Assembly (NCBI GenBank): GCA_963783575.1
Contig: CAWAOD010000011.1
Coordinates: forward strand, 128,001-192,000
Length of the DNA: 64,000 bases
Direction of reading: 5' to 3'
Source: an uncultured Spirochaetota bacterium
GTDB taxonomy: Bacteria; Spirochaetota; Brevinematia; Brevinematales; JAOACQ01
In this document: piece after piece, positions 30,109-40,934 of the stretch
Numbering within the stretch: the first letter of the stretch is position 1
How the letters are laid out: every line of letters starts with the position of its first letter
Translations under genes and position numbers: made by a program
The notes under the pieces: generated by a model
What the model saw: the letters and a program-made list of their open reading frames with translations, nothing else
The model's database searches: none
Told to the model about the DNA's origin: nothing

Positions 30109-31031
30109 GGCTGCGCATACCGGGTGCTCAGCTGGACAGGGACTCACTGCCGTTTATCCAAAACCTCGAACTGGCTGCCGATACAGGTTACCGGGCAGTA
30201 GAAATCTGCCCCGAGGACTTTGACGCTATTCATATGGGCATACTGGACCAGGCGGCGACAAAGAAAGTGGCAGGAATACTTAGCCGTTATAGTTTTGACG
30301 TCAGTGTTCATGTACCTATCGCACTGAACTTGATGAACCGCGAGTTTCCGGAATTACATTTCGCTGTTTTACTTAGCTGTCTGGAGTTTACCGGCTGCGT
30401 CGGAGGCCGGCTGCTGGTTTTTCATCCCTCCCGGTATGTCGATAATATCGAATTCGCCCGTTACGGGAAGGCGGTTCTTTCCGATTCGGAAAAAACAGCT
30501 TTTAATTCAAAAGAAGTTGAACTCCTCCGCAAGGCGGGAAATAAATTTCCGGAAATAATGATCGCTGTGGAAAACCACCGGCCTTACCTTGAGCATTCTC
30601 CCTATTCTTACGGTGAATTCCCGGGTGAAATTGCCTCAGTTGTTAAAGCGGTAGGCCTTCCGAATGTCGGAATGATGATCGATACCGGGCACCTTAACCT
30701 TTCGGCATCCTATCATAAGTTTGAAGCACTCCGGTCAGTTCTGGACACAGGTTTAAAAATGGAACACATTCACATCAATGATAATAATGGAATACCAACT
30801 TTTTATACTGAAAAAGATAAAAAGGCCCAGCTTCCTTTCGGCAGGGGGGATGAGCATGTACCGCCGGGTTATGGAATGATCGATTTTTCACGGTTTTTTA
30901 AATCAATTCCGGAATTTGGAGGCAGTGCCGTGATTGAATTGACAAATCATTGGTTTTATCCGGCTAAAATCAGGGAGTCGTTTCAATATATTGAGAAGAT
31001 TTTTTCAGAAATAAAAAAATCGGGGGTTTAA
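30096..31031 (+). CDS. Sugar phosphate isomerase/epimerase (xylose-isomerase-like/AP endonuclease 2 TIM barrel)
   Basis: SVHVP, VFHP, AVEN, IDTGH, HIHINDN, DEHVPPGYGMIDF, VIE metal-ligand pattern. Confidence 0.85.
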   Translation: MPRIGLRIPGAQLDRDSLPFIQNLELAADTGYRAVEICPEDFDAIHMGILDQAATKKVAGILSRYSFDVSVHVPIALNLMNREFPELHFAVLLSCLEFTGCVGGRLLVFHPSRYVDNIEFARYGKAVLSDSEKTAFNSKEVELLRKAGNKFPEIMIAVENHRPYLEHSPYSYGEFPGEIASVVKAVGLPNVGMMIDTGHLNLSASYHKFEALRSVLDTGLKMEHIHINDNNGIPTFYTEKDKKAQLPFGRGDEHVPPGYGMIDFSRFFKSIPEFGGSAVIELTNHWFYPAKIRESFQYIEKIFSEIKKSGV

Positions 31032-31037
31032 TAATAA

Positions 31038-31622
31038 ATGATGATAAATGGTTCCTCCGCTATCCGCCTTGTGATTGTTTCAATTCTGCCGGAACCGGTC
31101 TGCGCTGAAATTCATAAAATTCAGTCGGAATTATCCGAAATCTGCAGATCAGTTGAAGCCCTTTCTTATCCGCCCCATATTACGATAAGAACAGGGGTAA
31201 TTGTGCCGGCTGATAAAATGCCCGGCTTTATCTGCGAATTCGGAGAAATTATCGGCATACGTTCCCCGGTCAATGTGAAGACCGGCGGGCTGGTGAAAAC
31301 TGAATATATGGAAAGCGGATTAAAGAAATACATTGTTTTGTATTCGGTTGAAAAAACGGAGCGGCTTGTTCGGCTTAATAGGGATTGTTTGACTTATGAG
31401 AAATACAGGAAAAGCGGAAAGAAAGTATTTCAGCCCCATATATCGCTTGCTTATGAAGATCTATCTCTTCAAGGCTATGAAAAAGTCTGCCGGCATATTG
31501 AAGCGCACGAAAGCGATTATGAACGGACATTTGAATTTAATCTGAATAATGTTTCACTCTTGTATTTCTCCAATGGTTTCTGGGAAACAACGCATAGCTA
31601 TCAATTCGGAAATGCTTTATAA
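31038..31622 (+). CDS. 2H phosphoesterase (2'-5' RNA ligase/LigT-like)
   Basis: Two Hx(T/S) motifs: YPPHITI and FQPHISL. Confidence 0.8.
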   Translation: MMINGSSAIRLVIVSILPEPVCAEIHKIQSELSEICRSVEALSYPPHITIRTGVIVPADKMPGFICEFGEIIGIRSPVNVKTGGLVKTEYMESGLKKYIVLYSVEKTERLVRLNRDCLTYEKYRKSGKKVFQPHISLAYEDLSLQGYEKVCRHIEAHESDYERTFEFNLNNVSLLYFSNGFWETTHSYQFGNAL

Positions 31623-31637
31623 AAGAGGGTATTCAAC

Positions 31638-32276
31638 ATGACTTATATTGAAAATTTCAATGTTCTTCAGGGGAAAAAACTTTCAGCAGAACCGGCCATT
31701 GCTTCTACCGCGATTATTCATAAATGTTCAATCGGAAGCTACACTTCTATAGGTGAATTCACCAGTATCGCGGAAAGCGTTATGGATGATTATAGCTATA
31801 TCTGCGAATATGGTTGTTTAATTTATACCGAAATCGGGAAATTCTCCAATATCGCGGCACATTGCAGAATTAACCCGGGCAACCACCCATTAGAAAGGCC
31901 AAGCCTTCATCATTTCACATACCGGATGAAGCAGTACGGCTTCAGGGATGAAGACGATGACGAGTTTTTTAACTGGCGCCGTATCCAAAAGGTTCGCATT
32001 GGGCATGACACATGGATCGGCCATGGGGTTGTAATTATGCCTGGCATCAACGTAGGAAACGGCGCGATTGTCGGAAGTAATTCGGTTGTTACGCATGATG
32101 TTCCCCCATATTGTATCGTGGTAGGTGCTCCTGCGCGGGTGGTTCGGCGGCGCTTTCAGAAAGATATAGCCGATGCTGTCGAGAAAACCGCCTGGTGGGA
32201 CTGGCCGCATGAAACTATAAGGGAGCGCATTGATGATTTCAAAGATATCCGTATATTTTTAAAAAAATATAATTAA
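31638..32276 (+). CDS. Hexapeptide-repeat acetyltransferase of phosphonate operons (CatB/Vat-like)
   Basis: IGKFSNIA, RINPGNHP, HHFTYR, IGHDTWIG, AWWDW. Confidence 0.9.
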   Translation: MTYIENFNVLQGKKLSAEPAIASTAIIHKCSIGSYTSIGEFTSIAESVMDDYSYICEYGCLIYTEIGKFSNIAAHCRINPGNHPLERPSLHHFTYRMKQYGFRDEDDDEFFNWRRIQKVRIGHDTWIGHGVVIMPGINVGNGAIVGSNSVVTHDVPPYCIVVGAPARVVRRRFQKDIADAVEKTAWWDWPHETIRERIDDFKDIRIFLKKYN

Positions 32277-32418
32277 ATACCGCGATATCGATTATTCAAA
32301 GTTAATATTTAATAATTCACTGAAAATTAATATAAAATTGGTTTTATGCAAATAATAAGATTCTATAATAAAAAAAAGAGAATTTGAATAAATTCAATAG
32401 CATTATTGGAGGATAAAA

Positions 32419-33450
32419 ATGGTTATTAAAAAAATCATGGGGATTTCGAAAGCTGTATCTGCCGCGTCTCTTTTGATTATTGTGTTGCTCGGCGGCTGCG
32501 CTCAACAGAAATTCATTACGATGGCCTGGCTGCCCAACAATTCGGGTGATAATGAAAAAGTTATGCGTACCGAGTTTGGAAAAATCATTGAAAACGCGAC
32601 GGGCTTTAAAGTAAAGGATAAGCTGACCACTGACTACAATATCGCAATGGCGGCACTAGATTCAGGCGATGCTCAATTGGGCTTTTTCGGTCCTTTTGAG
32701 TATATTACCGGTCATGCGAAGAATTCACACATTGTGCCCCTGGTAGTGGAAAGCGGAAATTCGGGCACATTGACAGACGCGATGTATTTCAGCCGCCTTC
32801 TCGTTAAAAAGGGCAACGAAGGCAAATATATGACAGGAAATACTTATGCCATCGACAACATAGCTGGAAAGAAAATTTCATTTGTTTCCACGAGTTCGAC
32901 TTCAGGCTTTAATATGCCTTCCGCGGCTATTCTGGCTTATTTTCATAGTATGCCAAAATGGAAGGATCTGAAAAAAGATGATCTTATGCAGGGCGGTGAA
33001 GGGAAATTCTTCAGCCAGGTTATGTTTTCAGGTTCGCATCAATTGTCGCTGGTCAATCTGCTGAAAGGCAAAGCGGATATTTCAGCCGTTGATGACATTG
33101 ATGTAAAAAACTATCTTGAGTTGACTTCGGGTGCCGATGAACAGCCAGGCGCTGTTTATACCGTTAAAAAAGACGCCGATGCGCCTTTTACCGATCTCGC
33201 CGGTATGCAATTTGTTATTGTTAAGTCTATTCCGGTATTGAATACTCCTATTGAGGCCAATGATGCATTCCTTAGCCAGGATACTATAAACAAAATAATT
33301 GCTGCGCTGACGGACGACAAGGTGAAGGATAATCAAAATCTGTTTCGGACTGTTGGGTCCTCCATGGCCGGACTTTTTATGCTGCCGCACCGCTTTGTTA
33401 AAATCTCGGACACGGATTATAACGAGATGCGGCAGGTTCTGGGTATTTGA
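32419..33450 (+). CDS. phnD: Phosphonate ABC transporter substrate-binding lipoprotein
   Basis: LLGGC lipobox; TTDYNIA, FGPFEY, SFVSTSSTSGF, FSGSHQ. Confidence 0.9.
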   Translation: MVIKKIMGISKAVSAASLLIIVLLGGCAQQKFITMAWLPNNSGDNEKVMRTEFGKIIENATGFKVKDKLTTDYNIAMAALDSGDAQLGFFGPFEYITGHAKNSHIVPLVVESGNSGTLTDAMYFSRLLVKKGNEGKYMTGNTYAIDNIAGKKISFVSTSSTSGFNMPSAAILAYFHSMPKWKDLKKDDLMQGGEGKFFSQVMFSGSHQLSLVNLLKGKADISAVDDIDVKNYLELTSGADEQPGAVYTVKKDADAPFTDLAGMQFVIVKSIPVLNTPIEANDAFLSQDTINKIIAALTDDKVKDNQNLFRTVGSSMAGLFMLPHRFVKISDTDYNEMRQVLGI

Positions 33451-33489
33451 TAAATACTTTACTTCACGGGGATAAGGCAAGATAAATCT

Positions 33490-33529
33490 ATGAGGGGTGC
33501 TGCCTTTTTAGCGCCCCTCATCCTTTTTT
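33490..33529 (+). terminator. Intra-operonic stem-loop or partial terminator between phnD and phnC
   Basis: ATGAGGGGTGCT / AGCGCCCCTCAT stem followed by CCTTTTTT. Confidence 0.65.
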
Positions 33530-33544
33530 CAGGAGGGTAGCTGC

Positions 33545-34344
33545 ATGGCATTGTTAGAACTTAAAAACGTCACTAAATGTTATATTGGGACAAAACCGGC
33601 CCTGTCAAATGTCAGCTTTTCGGTCAATGAGGGTGAATTTGTCTCGGTTATCGGTTCATCCGGTTCCGGAAAAACTACTCTTTTACGCTGTATCAACCGG
33701 ATGATTGAGCCGACTCATGGGGAAATATTTTTTAACGGTGTTGTGGTTTCCAGGCTGAGAAACATGACCTGAGGAAGATTAGAACCAAGATCGGAATGAT
33801 ATTTCAGCACCACAATCTCGTAGAACGTCTGACTGTCATTGAAAACGTGCTTCATGGAAGGCTTGGCTATAAATCAACCATTGCCGGTATCCTGGGGAGC
33901 TATACTCATGAGGAAAAAAAACAGGCCTGGAAAATTCTGGAAATACTCGGTCTGGAAGAACATGTTTATAAGCGGTGCGATCAGCTCAGCGGTGGCCAGA
34001 AACAAAGGGTAGGTATTGCAAGGGCATTGGTACAGAACCCAAAAATGATACTCTGTGATGAACCAATAGCATCTCTTGATCCGGGTTCATCAAAAATTAT
34101 AATGGATTATCTCAAAAATATCTGCCTGGACCGCGGCATTACCATGATTATCAGCCTTCACCAGGTAAATGTGGCCTTGAACTATTCCCATCGTATTATC
34201 GGGTTCAGCAAAGGCTCCATTCACTTTGATGGGACACCTCTGCAATTCACGCGAAAGAGGATTTCTGAAATTTATGGTACAGAACAGATCGAGGAAAGCT
34301 TTGAACATCAGCCTGACTGCATCCTTAGCGAAGCCATAGGATAA
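33545..34344 (+). pseudogene. phnC: Phosphonate ABC transporter ATPase, -1 frameshift near 33761 (real or assembly error)
   Basis: GSSGSGKT in 33545-33772; LSGGQKQR and DEPIASLDP in 33796-34344. One added A in AGAAAC restores RLRKHDLRKIRTKIGMIFQ. Confidence 0.88.
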
Positions 34345-34347
34345 GCT

Positions 34348-35133
34348 ATGCAGGAAGATGTCTTTGTCAAAAAAAGAAAAAGTACATTTCTGTTTTTCAG
34401 TCTAATAGCAATTATAACCGTAGGTTCGATGATTATTACCCAATACGACCCCGCAAGGGGTTTCATTAGTATTTTAAAAGCTTTTTTATGGGGTGTGTCT
34501 AATTTCTATCCCGACGGCCCTTCACTGACCCGCTTAGGTGATATTTTAAAAAAACTCCTTGATACGGTCCTTATGGCTATAGCTTCAAGTGTGGCAGCTT
34601 CGGTATTCGCTATGGTATTATCTATAATGGGTTCGCGCAGTACAAGGGTACATGTCTTTTTTACAATCATTGCCAGGGGATTAGCCTCATTTTTTCGGAA
34701 TATTCCGCTGGTGGCATGGGCTATGGTGCTTATGCTTGCTTTCAGCCAGAGTTCCCTCACCGGTTTTCTCGCGCTATTCTTCGGATCGTTTGGATTTCTT
34801 ACACGGGCTTTTATGGAGACTCTTGATGAAGTTGGAGAAAGCAATGTTGAAGCCCTGAAAGCTACCGGAGCGGCCTATCATCATATTATATTCCAGGCTG
34901 TTTTACCTTCAAGCCTGCCTCAGATTGTAAGCTGGCTTTTATTCATGATTGAAACAAATATCCGGGACGCCACCCTTGTAGGATTTCTTACCGGGACAGG
35001 CATAGGTTTTTTATTCGATGTTTATTATAAATCCTTCAATTACCATGTTGCAAGTCTTGTTGTTATCGTCACCGTCATCACTGTAATTGCCGTGGAATTC
35101 ATTTCCAATAAAGTGCGTAGGGAAATATTATGA
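34348..35133 (+). CDS. phnE: Phosphonate ABC transporter permease
   Basis: RNIP, EALKATGA (EAA loop), IETNIRDAT, GTGIG. Confidence 0.9.
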   Translation: MQEDVFVKKRKSTFLFFSLIAIITVGSMIITQYDPARGFISILKAFLWGVSNFYPDGPSLTRLGDILKKLLDTVLMAIASSVAASVFAMVLSIMGSRSTRVHVFFTIIARGLASFFRNIPLVAWAMVLMLAFSQSSLTGFLALFFGSFGFLTRAFMETLDEVGESNVEALKATGAAYHHIIFQAVLPSSLPQIVSWLLFMIETNIRDATLVGFLTGTGIGFLFDVYYKSFNYHVASLVVIVTVITVIAVEFISNKVRREIL

Positions 35134-35981
35134 TGGACCTTATAGCAGTTGTCAATTCCGACAGCACAGAAAATAAAGATCACAGGATGCCGGAAAAACC
35201 GGCGAACCGTGCTGCTATTATTATCCGTATTACACTGGGAATACTCGCGGCTACTGCGCTTTATGGAATTTTGACCCTGGATTACGGAAGCATTAATATT
35301 TCCAACGCGATTGTGGAAACTCTGAATAATTTCAAGGCCATTTTTATCCATCCATACTCTCACCGTCTTTCTATTCTCAACGCTCTGGCTGAAATTGTCA
35401 TAACAATCGGATTATCAGTTCTTATTACCGTTTTCAGCGCGGTTATTGCCTTAATATTAGGCCTTCTGGGCGCGCAGAATCTTGTCCCGAAAAAAGTAAC
35501 TACCGTTGTAAAAGTTTTTGTGGCATTTATACGGGCTGTCCCTTCCATCCTCTGGGTTCTGATTTTTGCTGTATCGGCAGGATTGGGAAGCACCGCGGCG
35601 GTTATAGGACTTTCTTTTCATTCCATCGGTTATTTAACCAAAGCTTACGCCGAGTGTTATGAGGAACTGGACCGCGGGGCAATAGATGCCCTGAAAGCCA
35701 CTGGAGCTAATTGGTGGCAGATTGTCTTCCAGGCAGTCATCCCGTCATCGGCTACCTACCTTTTATCCTGGACATTCCTACGGTTCGAGTTGAATTTCTC
35801 CAACACAGTTGCTATGGGTGCTGCTGCCGGTGCAGCAGGTATAGGCTTCGATCTTTTCATGGCAAGCACTTTTTATTTCGACCTGCACGAAGTGGGACTT
35901 ATCACTTATTTCATTCTGGCTTTTGCTTTCATACTTGAAGTCATTGCGACAAGGGCAAAATCAAAACTCAAGGAAAAATAA
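35130..35981 (+). CDS. phnE: Phosphonate ABC transporter permease (second copy)
   Basis: RAVP, DALKATGA, RFELN, GAAGIG. Confidence 0.9.
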   Translation: MMDLIAVVNSDSTENKDHRMPEKPANRAAIIIRITLGILAATALYGILTLDYGSINISNAIVETLNNFKAIFIHPYSHRLSILNALAEIVITIGLSVLITVFSAVIALILGLLGAQNLVPKKVTTVVKVFVAFIRAVPSILWVLIFAVSAGLGSTAAVIGLSFHSIGYLTKAYAECYEELDRGAIDALKATGANWWQIVFQAVIPSSATYLLSWTFLRFELNFSNTVAMGAAAGAAGIGFDLFMASTFYFDLHEVGLITYFILAFAFILEVIATRAKSKLKEK

Positions 35982-36020
35982 AAGGCCAGAATTTTTTTGT
36001 ATTCAATAATCATATATTTA

Positions 36021-37881
36021 GTGCCTGAACGGAAACTCCAATTTTAAAAAATTTCTAAATCAAAAGCTCAGTTATGCTATTTTCCTGATTACAAAAATTT
36101 TTCCTGAAACAAAACTTATTAAATACTTTGCACCGTATCTAAGAATTAATACAAAAAAAACCAAAATATAACATTTTAAAAGCTTATGGGCAGACTATAC
36201 CCTTAGATATCAAATTAGCCGGAAAATCTATGCTGCCTTCATAATTTTCTTTTTTCCCGGGAGGCGTGCCTCTCTTTCCTGCCTCTTTATCTCTTTCTGC
36301 ACAAGGATATGTCCCATAATCTGAATGTTCCTGGCGACAAAAGACAAACTGACATACCTCTTAAACCCAACTATTCCATGGTCAAGGCATCTGTCCAAAC
36401 CATGATTTTCCATGGCGCTGATCCCTGACTCCACAGCTCTATGTGCCCGTTTTGCCACCCGGTACTCCTCTGTTTTTTCCCGCTCCTTTTCATCAATCGT
36501 TAGCTTGCCTTTCCTTGTCATAATCAGTTTATCCACCATTTTTCCCAGTTTGCTCTTGTTTTCAGGACTGTAAAATCCTTTATCATAGCTCACCTGTCTG
36601 ATGTTATTAAATACAGAAATAGTTTCTTCCATAATACTAACTGCCACCGCTTCGTCAGTCTTCTTTTCCATAACCATGTGATTAAGCATAAAACCAAACT
36701 GATCCTGCACCACACAAACCCGGACTCCAAGTTCCTGTGGTACTCCGGCTTTTCCTTTACTGATCCACTCTGTATGAGGCTCGAAAATCGAAAATATTTT
36801 CTCTTCGTGATGGATAACCTCACCTTTCAGTACCCGTCTGTTGACTTGATCCATCAGCTTTAGAGCCAGCCTAATATAATGTTCTAATGTCATTTCCAAT
36901 GGTATATTTGTAACCATCTTTAGAGAATCTGTTACTTTCAAGAGAATATTTTCGATATCCTTGAGATAATTCCTGTATTCCTTTTTTATCCGTTTGTCAC
37001 TTTTACCTATCTTTACTTGATCTTTTGAAGTCGATCGTTTCAGCCTTTGTATGCTCATAACTTTTTTTTAAGCTTCCCGATAGTATGTTTCCCCTGGCGA
37101 AAACCTGTTAGACCTGCATTTTTAAAGAATCCGACTATACCTGTAATTACCTTTCTCATGGCATCAAACAGAAGACTGATATCTGTCGGGAAATGAACGT
37201 CTGTTTCAACAACAAAGGAATCAACCTTCACTTTTAAACCTTTTTTTGCTTTTTCCCCAATAAGATCGTGGCCGGCTTTAACAACCACTTCATTAATCTT
37301 TGATAGTATTTCAGGAGTGAATAGAGAAATGTTCTCCCTGAGTGTCTGCAAAGCATATCTATCGACAGTAAACTCAGTTTTGCCAAGCATCTGCCTTATA
37401 GCTTTGTGATTATTCGCCTGATCCTGGAGTTTGTCATAGTCCCAGTTGCAATTCAATCGCAGCATTCCCATCACAAAGATTTCCCATATACTCATCCCCT
37501 TTCTTCCGATTCTTTTCTTTTTTATCTGGTATCATTTCCTCAAATATCTTGAATATTTTGTCCTTGATTTCAGGATTGCAATATATATATTTCAGGCCCA
37601 TAAGCAGCTTTGGAACCTCGTCACGGCAAGTTAAATCAATCACTATTTCACTGATATCAACTTCACCGATCTTTTTCTGTACTTCTTCGTTTTGTCTCAT
37701 AAATTTTTCCTCGAAGATTTAAAAAATTATATTTTTGTCGGGTTGATGCATGTCCATATCTGATAATATATTATAGCATTTTTATTCGGTTTTGTATTGC
37801 TTTTTTATTCAAATCTTCAATTTTATTTTATGCCATAATTCCCTTGCTAGTACTGCATTATCTGTATTTCCGTTCAGACAC
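36021..37881 (-). mobile_element. ISNCY-type (ISDol1-like) insertion sequence
   Basis: TIRs GTGCCTGAACGGAAA / TTTCCGTTCAGACAC (14/15 match). 6-bp duplication TATTTA at 36015-36020 and 37882-37887. Confidence 0.88.
36228..37700 (-). pseudogene. ISNCY/IS5-like transposase split into three ORFs by two frameshifts in A-runs
   Basis: RDEVPKLL; VDSFVVETDVHFPTD; EKIFSIFEPHTEWISKGK, SYDKGFYS, AVESGI. Breaks near 37520 and 37065. Confidence 0.85.
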
Positions 37882-37901
37882 TATTTAATCATTTGCTATG
37901 A

Positions 37902-39609
37902 CCTAAACTGAGCGATTCTTAACTATCCATAAAAATAGAACCATGCTAAAATAAAATGGGGTAAGGAAATGGTTACAGCCATCCTTACCCCGGAATAACA
38001 CCCATTGGGTGCAAAAGCAGGTAAATTATGACTGAAAAAAATAAAAATCGCAAAATTCAGGGAAATGAGATTCAAAAAATCGGCATAACGAAAGATTGTC
38101 TTACCAGCCGCGGCGGGCTTACGTTTGTCCTGAGATATCTCAAGAATATTAAAGTTATTCCCCTGATCAGCGAAGTATTTCAGGGAATTCGCAAGAGCCG
38201 CAAAGGTAAAGATATAGAAAAAATTATTTCTCAATTGATGCTGTTTTTCATAGATGGAAGCAAATTTACCATGACCCGGTTTGATGAATTGGCAAATGAT
38301 ATCGGGCACAGAAAGGCCATTGAATGCAGCAAAGACAATATGTGCTCATCCCATGTGATAAAGAGATTTTTTCAGTGGTAAAAAAGACAATGTTTAAAGA
38401 GCTTCAAAAGATTCTAATTAAGCTTTTTGTCTGGCGTCTCAAGATAAAGAACCCGAAAGTTATTATTCTCGGACTTGATACGATGGTACTGAATAATGAT
38501 GACGCTAAAAAGCGAAACGGCGTGACTTATACCTACAAAAAGGTTAACGGGTATCATCCGCTGCATATGTATTGGAATGGTTTTATCGTGAACCTGGCGT
38601 TCCACGAAGGAAGCGAATCCCCGAATCACGGTGACGATCTGTTTACAATGCTGGAAGAAACAGTGAAGGAAATCCGGAAATGCTATGACAAAGAGGTGCC
38701 GATTATCGTTGTGTCTGATAGCGGGTTTTTTGACCAAAAGTATTTTAAGAAGCTGGAAGACCTGAAACTGTTCTTTATATGCGGCGGGAGAATACTGGAT
38801 TCAATCAAACTCGATTTGATGAAGCGATTGCCGGAAGAATGGAGAAGGTTTGAGAAAAAAGGAGATGTAATTGAATACCTGGACTTTCGGGACAGACGGG
38901 ATAGCTGGGAAAAGGGATACCGTGCCATTTATACCAAATATGAATGTGAAGACGGGGTTTTCAGATTAGCGTTCGACAGGCCTGAAAATATTATTTATAC
39001 AAATCTTGAAGAAGCGGAAGTATTGAAAGAAAAGGGGCTTGTGAAATATATGACGGCAGAGGAAATAGTGAGGCTCTATCATCTGAGGGCAAAAGATGAA
39101 CTGGTGAACCGTGGAATAAAAGAATTCGTGGATGAAACACTGCCGTTTAAGAGTTTTGTATCAAACGGTGTATATTATTTTTTATCGATAATAGCGTATA
39201 ATCTGCTGTCGGCTTATCAGGCGGATATGGATATACCGGAAATACCAGTGGAAAGTTATCCGGATACGGTCAGGCGAATATTTATTGATATTGCGGGAAA
39301 GATTGTTAAAACAGGCGGGCGGGCTATTTTAAAATTCAGGGAAGAAGTAGTTGACAGGTTTAAATTGTTAGATTTGTGGGAGAAATGCGGAACGGTTACC
39401 CCGATTTAAAGATGCGCTCTGTTTTCATGGATTAATAAGGGGGTATTGCGCCAAAAATTGAAAATATCTCAGAGATTGATGATTTTAGTGCTTTCAAACG
39501 CATAAATTCGGCAAATTAACCGGTGACAAAAAAATATATCCAAATTTTTATAAATTTTGGCTTTTATAAACCTGTTTTTGGTATTTATTAAAAAATCGCT
39601 CAGTTTGGG
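37902..39609 (+). mobile_element. IS1380-family insertion sequence
   Basis: TIRs CCTAAACTGAGCGATT / AATCGCTCAGTTTGGG (15/16 match). 5-bp duplication TATGA at 37897-37901 and 39610-39614. Confidence 0.9.
38028..39409 (+). pseudogene. IS1380-family transposase, -1 frameshift in a T-run near 38370
   Basis: LTSRGGL; LGLDT, GYHPL, SDSGFF, YHLRAKDELVNRGIKE, IAGKIVKTG. Confidence 0.85.
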
Positions 39610-39707
39610 TATGATGAATACCATTTATTAATATTTGAAAGTTTTCAAAATTAGGATTATACTTTTTCTTGTATCAATCGGGTTTATATAGATGCAAAGG
39701 GGCAAAA

Positions 39708-40194
39708 ATGAAAATCGAATACGCATCAATTGACCTTTACAAATCATATTGTGAGGCTGTTAAATCAGTCTGCGAAGAAGAAAAATATTTAGCTAATACA
39801 ACCGGCTTTTCTGAAGAGCAGACAAAATCTTTTGTAGAAAAGATTATATCAAATAATTTTTCACAGTTTTATGCCATTGAAAACGGCCGTGTAATCGGAT
39901 GGTGCGATATTATTCCGAGAGAACAGGAAGCTCCATAGGCACATTGGTGTTCTGGGAATGGGTATAATTCCAGGATTCCGCGGTAGAGGAATCGGGACGG
40001 AACTGATCATCCGCACGATAAGCCATGCAAGGTCGCATGGGATTGAAAGAATCGAGCTGGAAGTGTGTGCGGATAATTCAATAGCACAAAAACTTTATGA
40101 AAAAACCGGTTTTCAAAAAGAGGGTGTTAAACGGAAAGGCAAAAAAATCAAAGGCCGGTATGAGGATGTAATAATAATGGGGTTAATTGGATAA
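39708..40194 (+). pseudogene. GNAT acetyltransferase (YhhY/AaaT-like), +1 frameshift near 39933
   Basis: VIGWCDI...REQEA|HRHIGVLGMGIIPGFRGRGIG...IELEV...LYEKTGF; one extra C. Confidence 0.8.
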
Positions 40195-40244
40195 TGTCGG
40201 ATATTTATATTAAAAACAATTTAGTGATTATGGAGGTAATAATT

Positions 40245-40811
40245 ATGGTAGGAATTAAAGGGTCGGTTATCAACGAAACTATTGAAGCCGTGAGGAAAAG
40301 AAGCGGAGACCAAATATTTAATGATATTATCGGCCATTTAGACAAACAATCAAAACATTTATTTGAGAATATGATATTAGCGGCGGAATGGTATCCGTTA
40401 GATTCCTTTATAAAATTTCTTGAATTTGATATAAAATTAACCACAAACGGTAATGAAAATGAATTAATTGATCGATCGGAAGATTTACTTGGAAAACAAT
40501 TAAAAGGCATTTTTAAGTCATTTGTGAAAGAAGGATCACCAGAATTTGTTCTCGATAATTGTGTTTCAATTATGCATAAAAGTTATTTCAATGGTGTTAC
40601 GATTGAAAAAAAAATGGAAGGGCCGGATAAAGTATTAATAAGATATATCGGTTTTGAAAAACAACACAAACTGATAGAATACAGTATTATCGGATTTTAC
40701 AAAAAAGCCCTGGAACTTTCGGGAGCGAAAAATGTTCAGGCTGAATATTTAACTTCAATTAAAGAAAATAAAGGCTATTGCGATCTTGAAATCTCATGGA
40801 AAAGGGAATGA
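40245..40811 (+). CDS. Hypothetical protein, DUF2378/V4R-like
   Basis: ATG at 40245 after GGAGG. IKG..., ILAAEWYP and GFYKKALELSGAKNV...CDLEISW patterns. Confidence 0.5.
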   Translation: MVGIKGSVINETIEAVRKRSGDQIFNDIIGHLDKQSKHLFENMILAAEWYPLDSFIKFLEFDIKLTTNGNENELIDRSEDLLGKQLKGIFKSFVKEGSPEFVLDNCVSIMHKSYFNGVTIEKKMEGPDKVLIRYIGFEKQHKLIEYSIIGFYKKALELSGAKNVQAEYLTSIKENKGYCDLEISWKRE

Positions 40812-40934
40812 ATTATCTAATTTAATTCAAAATTTCCGGAGCAAAAAAAAAGAAAATCTTTATTTATATGTTGATTTACGTTTTTTTATTTCATATCCGG
40901 TTTAAATAAAGGGTATTAATGTCCATCTACCCAG

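Noticed and set aside
31638..32276. Chloramphenicol or streptogramin resistance gene
   Set aside because: The motifs (RINPGNHP, HHFTYR) and phn context fit the phosphonate-operon hexapeptide transferase, not a resistance determinant.
37055..37075. Programmed -1 frameshift at AAAAAAAAG in the ISNCY transposase
   Set aside because: A second break exists in the same gene and homopolymer indels are common across the window, so error or decay is simpler.
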